Virus record (IMG/VR): IMGVR_UViG_3300022200_008215
Span: 1 to 53,868 of that record
Reading direction: 5' to 3' (one strand)
Length of the DNA stretch: 53,868 nucleotides
DNA from: a virus
Taxonomy: Duplodnaviria; Caudoviricetes
Shown: piece by piece, positions 18,890 through 28,013 of the stretch
Position numbering within the stretch: position 1 is the first letter of the stretch
How the letters are laid out: the number at the start of each line of letters is the position of its first letter
Notes under the pieces: model-generated
Told to the model about the DNA's origin: nothing
Seen by the model: only the letters and a program-made list of their open reading frames with translations
Database searches by the model: none
Position numbers and translations under genes: made by a program

Positions 18890-20821
18890 TTAATTATCTA
18901 AATCTGTAATCTGGGATTCATTTAGTAAATTACTAGTGTCTTCTTCCTGTTTTTCGAAGATTATCTGCTTAGTATCTCTGAACATCTTTTGGTTTTGTAA
19001 AAACACTGTCTGTGCCATCGTATTATTTACCTCTCTCTCTTTCTGTATTTCATTTACATTTTCATTGTCAGAAGGATATCCTCCTTTCATTCCTTGTTTC
19101 CCTAGTGGATCCCTACCTCCCAGTCCGTCATTTGTTCCGTAATGTGATGCATGAGTTTTAGGTCTTCCTCCTTCAGGTCCGATCTCTCCTATTCGAGGCG
19201 GTGTAGGATGATCTTCATAGCCTGCAGGAACATCCCCGAAATATGTACCCTTATCTCCTTTTCCTGCTCTTCTACCGTATAGAGTAGCTAGATCATGAGG
19301 TGTACCGTATGACTTACCGGATTTAGCAGGATCGTTTCCTTCGTTTTCAATCTGACCCAGTCTAAATGTTCGCTTGTAGTCTTCAGTTACTAGGTTTCTC
19401 ATTTCCATGTACCTGTCTTCTGATAAGTTGAAAATATTATCATATATATAATCAGTAGGAAATAATTTAGTATTTAACATTTGTGCTGCTAAATCAACTT
19501 TCTCTTTCATTAATGCTACTTTCTCTTGTTCAAATATGATTGAAGGATTTGTAAGCTTAATTTCAAAGTTAGTTAACGATTCTCCTTTAAATCCTTGAGC
19601 ATATAAATGAACTAAAGCTATCTTAGTTAGCTCAGATTCCAGGATTTTCTGCAATCTCTCTACGGTTCTTGCAAACCTAATGTCTTCAGCTGCTAAAGTT
19701 GCTTTACCTGAAAGATCACCTTCGTATCCGAAATATGCTTTAGGTACCTTAAGTGCAGCAAACATCTTGTCTCTTAAGTACTCTACATCACTAATCCCGT
19801 CATACTGTAGTCCGGGGGTGCTTTCTATCTTAGTTTGCGTATCACCTCCTCTTACTGGAATATAAAAATCTTCCATCATATTCATCATATTGAAGCGTAG
19901 GTTGTACTCTCCTGTTTGAGGGTCAATATGCGGTGTTTTCTTCATAGTGTTGATAGTCTTCTGCATAAACTGCTCAACTTCATTTGGTGGAATTTGTCCT
20001 ACGTTTATATAGAAGGTTCTCTTATCTGGAGCTCTCATAACGCGGTGGATTAACATCGCATCTTCCATTAAGGTTAACTGTTTCCATACCTTTCTTGCAG
20101 GTTCGATATAAGAGCGTCCATAAGGTAGGTAGTTTGTATCTGATATTAGTCTAAAGTGTGCTATTTCGTAGTTGTCAAATTCTATAACTTTTCTATTATC
20201 TCTAGGAATGTAGTTCGGATCTTGTGAAGATGCTAATCCGTCAGGATCTAGTTGAAAAGTTACCTTAGCAGGTTCTGTTGGATCCATCCCCTCATGTCTT
20301 GTCATATGGTACACAGTGTACGGAAGTACATTATATACTCCAAATTCTTCAGCTATTTCTAATTTTAAGAAAAAGTCACCGTATTTGCACATATTCCTTG
20401 TCCAGGACCATAGGTTGAATTCTATATTTAAAATATCGTAGAATAAATTGTAAAGCACTCTTTGCATGTTTTCATCTGAGGACTTTATTGATAGAACTTC
20501 GTTTTGATCGTTCTTTAAAGTTGCTTCATCCGCTAAGATATCTAAAGTAGATGCAAGTAGGGGATCGGTGTCCATAGCTTCGTAATCAGAGTAGAGCTGT
20601 ATACGGAGTGTTTGATAGTTGAGATTTGGATTAAATACATTTTTATTATTGTAAATATATAATCTAGAAAATCTATCTATTAAAGAGTTTGTTTGATAGC
20701 GTCCTGTGGATTGTATTTGATTTACATCAGCTACCCTTAATTGGTCACCGCCTACGTTTCTTATTACTACGTCAGAAGAGAATAATCTCCCTAACCTTTT
20801 AAATAGTGAAGTATCTGCCAT
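18890..20821 (-). CDS. Portal protein (T4 gp20-like)
   Basis: LMEDAMLIHRVMRAPDKRTFYINVG, MMEDFYIPVR, ALKVPK, EDIRFARTV. Confidence 0.96.
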   Translation of the reverse strand: MADTSLFKRLGRLFSSDVVIRNVGGDQLRVADVNQIQSTGRYQTNSLIDRFSRLYIYNNKNVFNPNLNYQTLRIQLYSDYEAMDTDPLLASTLDILADEATLKNDQNEVLSIKSSDENMQRVLYNLFYDILNIEFNLWSWTRNMCKYGDFFLKLEIAEEFGVYNVLPYTVYHMTRHEGMDPTEPAKVTFQLDPDGLASSQDPNYIPRDNRKVIEFDNYEIAHFRLISDTNYLPYGRSYIEPARKVWKQLTLMEDAMLIHRVMRAPDKRTFYINVGQIPPNEVEQFMQKTINTMKKTPHIDPQTGEYNLRFNMMNMMEDFYIPVRGGDTQTKIESTPGLQYDGISDVEYLRDKMFAALKVPKAYFGYEGDLSGKATLAAEDIRFARTVERLQKILESELTKIALVHLYAQGFKGESLTNFEIKLTNPSIIFEQEKVALMKEKVDLAAQMLNTKLFPTDYIYDNIFNLSEDRYMEMRNLVTEDYKRTFRLGQIENEGNDPAKSGKSYGTPHDLATLYGRRAGKGDKGTYFGDVPAGYEDHPTPPRIGEIGPEGGRPKTHASHYGTNDGLGGRDPLGKQGMKGGYPSDNENVNEIQKEREVNNTMAQTVFLQNQKMFRDTKQIIFEKQEEDTSNLLNESQITDLDN

Positions 20822-20847
20822 TAATATGGTTTATTAATAAATATCGT

Positions 20848-22422
20848 TTATTTAAGTATCCACGACACATCTTCGTGTCCATATGGTGTCTTTACAATAT
20901 ACGGACTACTTTGCGAGTTATCAACTGAAAAGATTGCATTGTTTTTTGCATTTAAATTAGTGAAGGATGAGAGTTGGGCTCTAGCGAGGTCCATTCCTTG
21001 CTGTCTTAACCTTAAAGCTGTATCTCTCACGTATAGTGCAGTAGCACAAGACATTATTAGATCATCATTATAGTTTGTCTGTGCTTGAGCTCTTCCATTT
21101 TTCCAAACAAAAACTCTCATCTCTCCCATTGTTCGTTTTGATTGAATGATTACTGATTTTTCTCGCACATATTCCATCATTTTTGCTAGAACAAGAGGTC
21201 TTGTTTTCATAGACATTGTGAAGCCGGGTACTAGTTGGTCTCTTTCATACTTTGTCATATAAGATTCAACTGTGTCCATTTGACTCTTTGGACTATAGTA
21301 TAAGTTTCTATATTCTCTCTCCATTATCTGTTCGATAGTAGCCCACCCTATATTTGCATTTTCACAAACTAGAAGTGCATCATTATATTCAGAACTTATT
21401 CCTACAAGCACGTTCCCAAAATCTTTTGGAGATATTTTTCCTTTGTATTCCCCTACTTGTATAGCATCCTCTATGTTGAATATATGAAAAGCAGAGTAGT
21501 CGGCAGAATCCCCTCTAGCAACATCCGCTACAACCATATACGATTTCGTGTAGTCAGGTTGTTCCCATATCCATAGGTTACTGTCTACTCCTCTTTTTTC
21601 GATAGGGTCTCTTTGGTATGTTTGTTCGTAAAACATTAAGTCTTCTGGTTCGAATACTGTATCACCCGATGCTAGGAAATCACAGTCACATTCCTGTCCT
21701 GCCATTCTAGGTCCTAGGTCTTTATCTTGTTGCTCTCTCCAGGCCTGGTTTCTTTCTGGGTGTACTGTCCAGGGGAGTTTTATAGGGATAAAAGAGTTTT
21801 CTCCTGTTTCTGCTTTTTCCCAAGTCAGGTGGAACCAGTTACCAATACCGTTGGGAGTTGAGAGAGCCATACATTGACCTCCTGTAGCAAGTGTCTGCTG
21901 TGCAGCAGCGAAAGTTTCATCAATATTATCTATGAACGCTGCTTCATCTATAAGTAACAGGGAAACTGCTTCAGATCTAGCTGCATCCGAGTTGGATGAT
22001 TTAGCTTGTATTTTTGATCCGTTTTTGAGTCTCAGGGATAATTTATTTTTTTCTACTGATGGTAGTTTTAACCATTTAGGTAATTCATCATACATGAAAA
22101 TTACCTTTGTTACTAGGTTCCTTGCTGTAGCTTGGGTAGTTGCTAATGCTAGTACGTTTTTATCTTTATGGAAGAGCATTAGCCAAAGGGAGTATGCTGA
22201 TGCTAAGGTAGAGATTCCTAGTTGTCTAGATTTAAGAGTAATGAGGTATTGGTGATCTCTAAATAGATGTAGTACTTCTGCTTGGAATGGGTATAAATTA
22301 AATAAAATTCTACCCCTAGTTGGATGCTGTATATGGCAATACTTCTTCATGAAGTATGCAGGGTCTTTTGCACATTTAATATACTCTTGTGTGATTATTT
22401 TTTTGATATCACTATTCTGCAT
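20848..22422 (-). CDS. Terminase large subunit (T4 gp17-like)
   Basis: KSRQLGIST, LLIDEAAF, LSTPNG, ADVARG, DDLIMS. Confidence 0.97.
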   Translation of the reverse strand: MQNSDIKKIITQEYIKCAKDPAYFMKKYCHIQHPTRGRILFNLYPFQAEVLHLFRDHQYLITLKSRQLGISTLASAYSLWLMLFHKDKNVLALATTQATARNLVTKVIFMYDELPKWLKLPSVEKNKLSLRLKNGSKIQAKSSNSDAARSEAVSLLLIDEAAFIDNIDETFAAAQQTLATGGQCMALSTPNGIGNWFHLTWEKAETGENSFIPIKLPWTVHPERNQAWREQQDKDLGPRMAGQECDCDFLASGDTVFEPEDLMFYEQTYQRDPIEKRGVDSNLWIWEQPDYTKSYMVVADVARGDSADYSAFHIFNIEDAIQVGEYKGKISPKDFGNVLVGISSEYNDALLVCENANIGWATIEQIMEREYRNLYYSPKSQMDTVESYMTKYERDQLVPGFTMSMKTRPLVLAKMMEYVREKSVIIQSKRTMGEMRVFVWKNGRAQAQTNYNDDLIMSCATALYVRDTALRLRQQGMDLARAQLSSFTNLNAKNNAIFSVDNSQSSPYIVKTPYGHEDVSWILK

Positions 22423-22458
22423 AACTTATAGACTTATATCTTATAAATATATAGATAT

Positions 22459-22487
22459 AAAAAAACCCACCTTTGTAGGATGGGCTT
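22459..22487 (-). terminator. Intrinsic terminator
   Basis: AGCCCATC...GGTGGGTT stem followed by a T run. Confidence 0.65.
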
Positions 22488-22554
22488 GTTTGTTATACTA
22501 GTATTGCTACATAGTTTAATTTTTTGCAAAAGAGGCTAGTTAGGGAGGCTTACT

Positions 22555-23772
22555 TTAGTAGTTAAGTTTTAATGTAAGTATTCCGTTGGCAATCCTCTTT
22601 ACAGTCAACCTACTTCTATCCTCTTCTTTCCGCATATCTAATATGACCGTTTTTCCTCTATCGTATATCATAAGATAGTCTATACCTTGCAGCCCTTTAC
22701 TTTTTATTTCGTTAAGATTTTTCTTTAGTGCAGCTGATCCTCCTACTACCCATGGATGTTCCATTAACTTCCTTAGTTCAAACTCTTGCTTCTTTCCTAA
22801 TTCTGGTGAGGTTTCTGAGGATATTATCATTCCTTGCTGGTCAACTTTTAGTGTATATTCTTGATCTTTCTTCACTAGGTACTTCTTCCCTGCTATTTTC
22901 ACCTCTACGTACTCTTTACCTATACTTTTATCATCTAACGGGAAATTATCAAGGAGTCTGGTAAGTTCGTCTAAGTACATTTCAGGTATAGATGTAAGCT
23001 TCTCTACTCCCGGCAGTATGAACCTAAATTCAGGTACTTTGTTAAACGGTGCTACTTGGTTCCTAAATGTTTCGTAGTTTTTCAAGAAAATACTGCCTAG
23101 TGTACTGCCTCCAGTTGCAAGTGATATTTCGTTTCCTGATGAAAAGTCTTTTACTTCTAGTACTTTTCCGTTACTGTCTGTTATATCTTTCTCATTAGCT
23201 CCTCCGATACGTGCTCCTTTTATCGAAACTAACGGTAACAGTTCTCCCTTTCCCCCTTTTGGAATTTTATAATCATGTAAAAGTTCATAAAAAGCTTCCA
23301 TATATACCTTTATATCTTTTATAAACTCCTCAATATTGGATGCTCTCCTGTAATTATCATTTTGCTTTACCAAGTTAATCTCTCCATCACTTACTCCTGC
23401 TCTTGATAGAACTTTTTCAACTTCTTCTTCTTCTAGAACCTTCTTGTCTACTGCATTTATATTAACATACTTTGTAGCCGCCTTAGACTTACCTTTTCCG
23501 GAGCCAACTACTTTGTACAGTTCTACGGAAGGGTTAGGTTCACCTGTTTCTCTGTTTACGTCTTTCGCTCTAACGTACACGTTATCCTCACCTTCCACTC
23601 TTTCATAATCTCCATGGTCTTGTGAAATAACCTCTTCTTCTAACTTTACGCCAAACTCGGTATAAATCTCTTTAAGTATTTTTGAGTCTTCAGCGTTCAT
23701 TATATCCGGGTACCCTTTCTCGCACCTGTAAGCCCATTCCTGTACTATTTTATCGATTACGTCTGTTTTCAA
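22555..23772 (-). CDS. Hypothetical protein with possible PD-(D/E)xK nuclease domain
   Basis: N-terminal EWAYRCEKGYPD module; GKGEL...KDI...LEVK pattern; TTG start. Confidence 0.5.
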   Translation of the reverse strand: MKTDVIDKIVQEWAYRCEKGYPDIMNAEDSKILKEIYTEFGVKLEEEVISQDHGDYERVEGEDNVYVRAKDVNRETGEPNPSVELYKVVGSGKGKSKAATKYVNINAVDKKVLEEEEVEKVLSRAGVSDGEINLVKQNDNYRRASNIEEFIKDIKVYMEAFYELLHDYKIPKGGKGELLPLVSIKGARIGGANEKDITDSNGKVLEVKDFSSGNEISLATGGSTLGSIFLKNYETFRNQVAPFNKVPEFRFILPGVEKLTSIPEMYLDELTRLLDNFPLDDKSIGKEYVEVKIAGKKYLVKKDQEYTLKVDQQGMIISSETSPELGKKQEFELRKLMEHPWVVGGSAALKKNLNEIKSKGLQGIDYLMIYDRGKTVILDMRKEEDRSRLTVKRIANGILTLKLNY

Positions 23773-23795
23773 AGTTCTGTTATTTTAAATAGACC

Positions 23796-23827
23796 TAAAT
23801 ATACGAAATATATATTTAATAGCCAAC
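23796..23827 (-). promoter_or_regulatory. Bacteroidota sigma70-type promoter
   Basis: GTTG-N20-TATATTTA. Confidence 0.65.
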
Positions 23828-23846
23828 TATTCTATCTCTCCGTACT

Positions 23847-24080
23847 CTATTCTAAGTTTGTATTTAACTCGTCTGTAAATAGTTTATAAGTATGCCTACC
23901 GTACTCATCTCTTAGAACTATTGCTACTGCTTTTGCAAAGTCTCCGTAACTCATACTGTCGTCAATACTAACTATTGCGCTGTTTATTTTAGCTGCTAGT
24001 TCTAGTACTTTTCTTGCCTCTGATGGCTTGTTTCCAAAGGGTAATTCTTCTCCCTCGTTTAAAATATCTATAAGTTTCAT
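23847..24080 (-). CDS. Small hypothetical protein (MKLIDILNE leader)
   Basis: 77 aa ORF in operon. Confidence 0.65.
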   Translation of the reverse strand: MKLIDILNEGEELPFGNKPSEARKVLELAAKINSAIVSIDDSMSYGDFAKAVAIVLRDEYGRHTYKLFTDELNTNLE

Positions 24081-24085
24081 ATATA

Positions 24086-24703
24086 CTATGCTTCTGGTTC
24101 TTCTCCTGCTTCAAAATCTATTTCTTCTCCTCCTAAATCAGCTCCTCCTGCTTCTTCTCCACCCTCTGGTGCTTCTGCTCCTGGCTCTGCAAATGCTGCA
24201 TCTTCTCCTCCTGGAAAATCTCCTGCTCCTCCTCCGGCTCCGGAACCTGTCTCTCCTTCTGCTCCAGGCTCTCCCTCTAACCCTGCTCCCGTTAAGGGCG
24301 CTTCTTGATATAGAACTCCTAATCTATCTAGAGCTTGTTGAAATTCACTAATCTTCCCTAATGCATAATTCTTTCCTTGGATTTGTGCATCGAAAGTCTT
24401 TCCTGTCCACTTAAGAGAAAAATCCTGCCCATTAGAGAGGTTGATTCTAAATGAAGTTGGTCGTGGTGATATCCAATCAACAGACTTAACGAACTCCTTG
24501 AAATCCTGTGTCATTAATTTAACTAGAGTTGCTTTTAGCGTTGGAAATTTTTCTAACATCGTATCCGTAGCATCTTCTAAAACTGTCTCCGGACCTGCAG
24601 TATCATCTCCTGTAAGGTCTTCTGGTGCTGGTTCTTTATCCTGTTCTAAAAGAACTTCGATGTATGCTTGTTCTATTAGTCTTTTGAGTTCGTTTATTCT
24701 CAT
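24086..24703 (-). CDS. Hypothetical protein with acidic Gly/Glu-rich tail
   Basis: 205 aa; PRPTSFRINLSNGQDF core. Confidence 0.7.
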   Translation of the reverse strand: MRINELKRLIEQAYIEVLLEQDKEPAPEDLTGDDTAGPETVLEDATDTMLEKFPTLKATLVKLMTQDFKEFVKSVDWISPRPTSFRINLSNGQDFSLKWTGKTFDAQIQGKNYALGKISEFQQALDRLGVLYQEAPLTGAGLEGEPGAEGETGSGAGGGAGDFPGGEDAAFAEPGAEAPEGGEEAGGADLGGEEIDFEAGEEPEA

Positions 24704-24706
24704 CTT

Positions 24707-26863
24707 TTACTTATTTTTGCAATGCTTTGGGTTACTTTTAGAAAGGTAAGGTTTTTTACATTCCGTTGATTTCTTGTGAACTCTTCCACATCTTCCACAA
24801 CAGGTTGCTTTTTCCTCGTTTAACTTCTGTTCTTTTTTTGAATCTCCTTCTAATAATTCTCCTCCTTCATAGGAAACTACTGTATTATCTGAATCATACC
24901 AATCTTCGACTCTATACCCACCATTAGGTAGTTTATTTACATGCTGTACATATCCTTGTTCGCTCTCTTTCCTAGCTAATTCTTTCATTTTACTTAAACT
25001 GTCTGAACTCTCTTCCTTAATTTCTTTATTTCTTTCTAATTTAACATCACCACTTGTAGTTAAAATCATTGATGCAGAGGTAGCACCATTTCCTTTATCA
25101 TATGATACAGAAACAAAATTTTCTACTGTTTTTGTTTTTGATTGTTTATTTTCTGCAAATAAGTCAAGATTTGTATCTACTACCTCTATATCATTTCCAC
25201 CAAAATCTTCTAATGCATCGTAGGCTGTTTCTTCTGAACTAAAGTAATAACTATCTGACCCGTTGTATATTACTTCTTTATAATATTTGTCATCTAAGAT
25301 CATTATAGCTTTTCTAGCATCTCTTACAGCTACCTTAATATAGTATACTCCTTTAGGGGCTTCGTTAATATTTCCAAGGTCTAACTTTATTCCTATTTTC
25401 TTTGCTGCTTTAAGAACTCCTGGTCTCAACCTGTCTTGATCAGACCTAGAAGCTTTTTTATATATATCAAATAAGGTAAGGTATCTCTGTCTTGGAGTCT
25501 CTTCACCAATTTCTGCTTCATTTATTTTTTTAGGTTTTTTCTCGGCTTTCAACATAGCTGTCATTTTTTTAATTTTTAGCTGTTGGTCCATTGGAAGTTG
25601 AGCTAATCTATCTTCTTCTTTTGCTTTAGCCCATTCTTCTTCAGACATACCCTCAGACATTTCTCTTTGAAGTTGATTAATGTAAGCATTAGCATCTCCT
25701 TCACTACCTTTAATGGTTTTTACTTTTTTACCATTTTTAAAAATATCGTATACACCTTTACTTAGGTATTTTTTAGTGTAAGTAGGTTTTTCTGGTTTGC
25801 TTTTCTCATATCCTTTTGGATCGTGAAACATTCCAATTTCATCTAAACTTACTATAGAATCGATTTCAGGTTCTTTAAGTTCAAAATCAAGGTAATGTTT
25901 AGCACCTACTATTGCAGTTTTAGCATTAGTAATTTTAGCCTGCCACCAAGCCGGAAAATCTACTTCACCAACACCCTCAAACTGATCTACCATTTTATAA
26001 AGTTCCATAGCATATTTTCCAATACGATATAGGTCTGCTTTTAACATATGTGGTTCGTTGTCTTCGTGTCCTAAATCTAGATCTTCATTTAAACCATAAG
26101 AACTAGCATTATCTATGAATCCTTGAAAGAATCCTTTTCTATATGCTTGGTGGTCTGGTTTGTTTTTAAATCTACCTTTAATTTTTTCAAATGCTTCTTC
26201 ACCAGCTTCATACCCCATTTCTTCAATATCAGCTAAGCCAATATTTTCTTCATATTCATCAGCTCCTACTTCGATATCTTTCGAATATTCCTGTTCGTTT
26301 AAAGAATTAAAGTATTTAACAAGATTATTTTTTACTAAATCTTTGTGAACTAGCGGCTCTCCAGATGGCTTAATTCCTACTTCGCCAATTTCTTTATCAA
26401 ATGAATCATCAACTAGGTGTAGAATACCTCCAGTTATGTAAAATGAAAACTCATCTTCAAAGTTGTTTTTGTACTCTATATAAATAGTAAATGAGTTAGA
26501 CATTATATCTTTTACTGTACCTCTTGCTACTTCATCTCCGACTTCTCTCAAAGCACTTACTAGTGTCTTTGCAATTTCCAGGGCTATAACTCTTGTCTCT
26601 TCGACTGAATATTCAATTTCCTGTTGCTCGCTTTTTAGCTTAACAGTCACATCAGGATTGTCTTTAGAGAATTCAGCTGCTTTTTTTTCATCTTCAAATT
26701 CTACAGCTTCTAGCTTTCTTTCTAAAGATTCTTTAAGTAGTTCTAATTTTTTTTTAGATATTAGCATACTTTGTTGTGAAAGTTTTCCTAACCCTCTGTC
26801 TTTAATTATATTTAGTGCAATTTTGCATTTTGATACACGTTCTTGAATTTCTTGATAAGTCAT
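24707..26863 (-). CDS. Large mosaic hypothetical protein, putative internal head polyprotein
   Basis: 718 aa of short modules separated by LNE/INE/LKE/LLE; C-terminal CCGRCGRVH. Confidence 0.65.
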   Translation of the reverse strand: MTYQEIQERVSKCKIALNIIKDRGLGKLSQQSMLISKKKLELLKESLERKLEAVEFEDEKKAAEFSKDNPDVTVKLKSEQQEIEYSVEETRVIALEIAKTLVSALREVGDEVARGTVKDIMSNSFTIYIEYKNNFEDEFSFYITGGILHLVDDSFDKEIGEVGIKPSGEPLVHKDLVKNNLVKYFNSLNEQEYSKDIEVGADEYEENIGLADIEEMGYEAGEEAFEKIKGRFKNKPDHQAYRKGFFQGFIDNASSYGLNEDLDLGHEDNEPHMLKADLYRIGKYAMELYKMVDQFEGVGEVDFPAWWQAKITNAKTAIVGAKHYLDFELKEPEIDSIVSLDEIGMFHDPKGYEKSKPEKPTYTKKYLSKGVYDIFKNGKKVKTIKGSEGDANAYINQLQREMSEGMSEEEWAKAKEEDRLAQLPMDQQLKIKKMTAMLKAEKKPKKINEAEIGEETPRQRYLTLFDIYKKASRSDQDRLRPGVLKAAKKIGIKLDLGNINEAPKGVYYIKVAVRDARKAIMILDDKYYKEVIYNGSDSYYFSSEETAYDALEDFGGNDIEVVDTNLDLFAENKQSKTKTVENFVSVSYDKGNGATSASMILTTSGDVKLERNKEIKEESSDSLSKMKELARKESEQGYVQHVNKLPNGGYRVEDWYDSDNTVVSYEGGELLEGDSKKEQKLNEEKATCCGRCGRVHKKSTECKKPYLSKSNPKHCKNK

Positions 26864-26900
26864 TGGTTTTGATATTTAAAAGCTATAATTATAAATATAC

Positions 26901-27479
26901 CTATTTTATGTGTTCTGATAGGTGTGTTATATACTGCTTGATATTTTTTAATATTTTCTTTTTTTCTGAGTTGTTAGATTTCCAATCTTCTATATCCCCC
27001 TGTTCTGTAATAAAAGTATCTTGTGAATTAACTGTCTCTAGAGCCCACTGTTCTATATCTTTTACAAAGAGTTTCATACTGCCTTGCATCATTCTTTGTT
27101 CATACTGCTCAAATAGTCCTGCTTTCCTTAAGTCGGCTTCGTACTCTACAGTACATGGATCAAAACAAAACCCATGAATTTTGTACATTTTTTGAGCTAA
27201 GTGATGTTTCATCGGACCTCCGCAGTTAGGGCACCTTAGTGGTATACGAACAGCTTTTTTAGCTGCATCTAATTTTGTAACATTTTGTTTAATTCCGTTT
27301 TTAATTGTCCAATTTTTACCTGATTCTTCCCAAATATCACCCTCCTTGTATTTGCCTATTATTTTTTTGTAACCTGTTTGAGCTTTTGTTTTAGCTGTAT
27401 AGTCTTTATTAACTATATTCCTGACTCTCTGTACATCTCTTTGTTTAAATTCTTTCTTTAGTAACGATTCCTTACTCAT
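26901..27479 (-). CDS. Hypothetical Zn-ribbon protein
   Basis: EGDIWEESGKNWTIKNGIKQN, CPNC...CFDPC. Confidence 0.7.
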   Translation of the reverse strand: MSKESLLKKEFKQRDVQRVRNIVNKDYTAKTKAQTGYKKIIGKYKEGDIWEESGKNWTIKNGIKQNVTKLDAAKKAVRIPLRCPNCGGPMKHHLAQKMYKIHGFCFDPCTVEYEADLRKAGLFEQYEQRMMQGSMKLFVKDIEQWALETVNSQDTFITEQGDIEDWKSNNSEKKKILKNIKQYITHLSEHIK

Positions 27480-28005
27480 ACTTTAATTCTTTTAATTTTT
27501 CTATAACATAATCTACATTTCCGTCTTTACATCTTATAGCAATTCCGCCTTTCGATATCCATTCTTCAATATTTGATTTTTTATCATCTATTAGAATTGA
27601 ATTCTCGTTAGCATATCTCTGCTTATCTTTTGAGTAAGCAAATATCACTTTTGGAGATGAAGGTATATTTTGTCTAACCCATAGGTTTTTTCCTAGTCTT
27701 GAGTTATTATGTCTTGAAGGAGATGTCAAAATTTGCGGGCTGTAAGGTTCTATAAAATTCCACAGTCTCTGTCCTTGAGGCATCCAGGGCATTTCTGACC
27801 AGAATTTGATACCTACTTCTCCGTCTATGATATTCCAAAAAGCTGCGGATCCAAATTCATCTTCATACTCTTTTGGATTGCTGTATCCTGTGTAGTGCTC
27901 AAACCTTGTTTCGAAGTCAGTTAATACTCCGTCCATATCACAGTAGATATTATACGGAGGCATAGTTTCTGATTTTTCTAATAACAAATCTTTTAGTTTT
28001 CCCAT
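27472..28005 (-). CDS. HAD-superfamily 5'(3')-deoxyribonucleotidase-like protein
   Basis: IYCDMDGVLTDF, ILTSP, K, ILIDD, W..KGG. Confidence 0.88.
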   Translation of the reverse strand: MGKLKDLLLEKSETMPPYNIYCDMDGVLTDFETRFEHYTGYSNPKEYEDEFGSAAFWNIIDGEVGIKFWSEMPWMPQGQRLWNFIEPYSPQILTSPSRHNNSRLGKNLWVRQNIPSSPKVIFAYSKDKQRYANENSILIDDKKSNIEEWISKGGIAIRCKDGNVDYVIEKLKELKYE

Positions 28006-28013
28006 ACCTTTTT

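Noticed and set aside
12301-22422. Introns or inteins in capsid, portal or terminase genes
   Set aside because: ORFs are continuous and of ordinary length with no intein splice motifs seen
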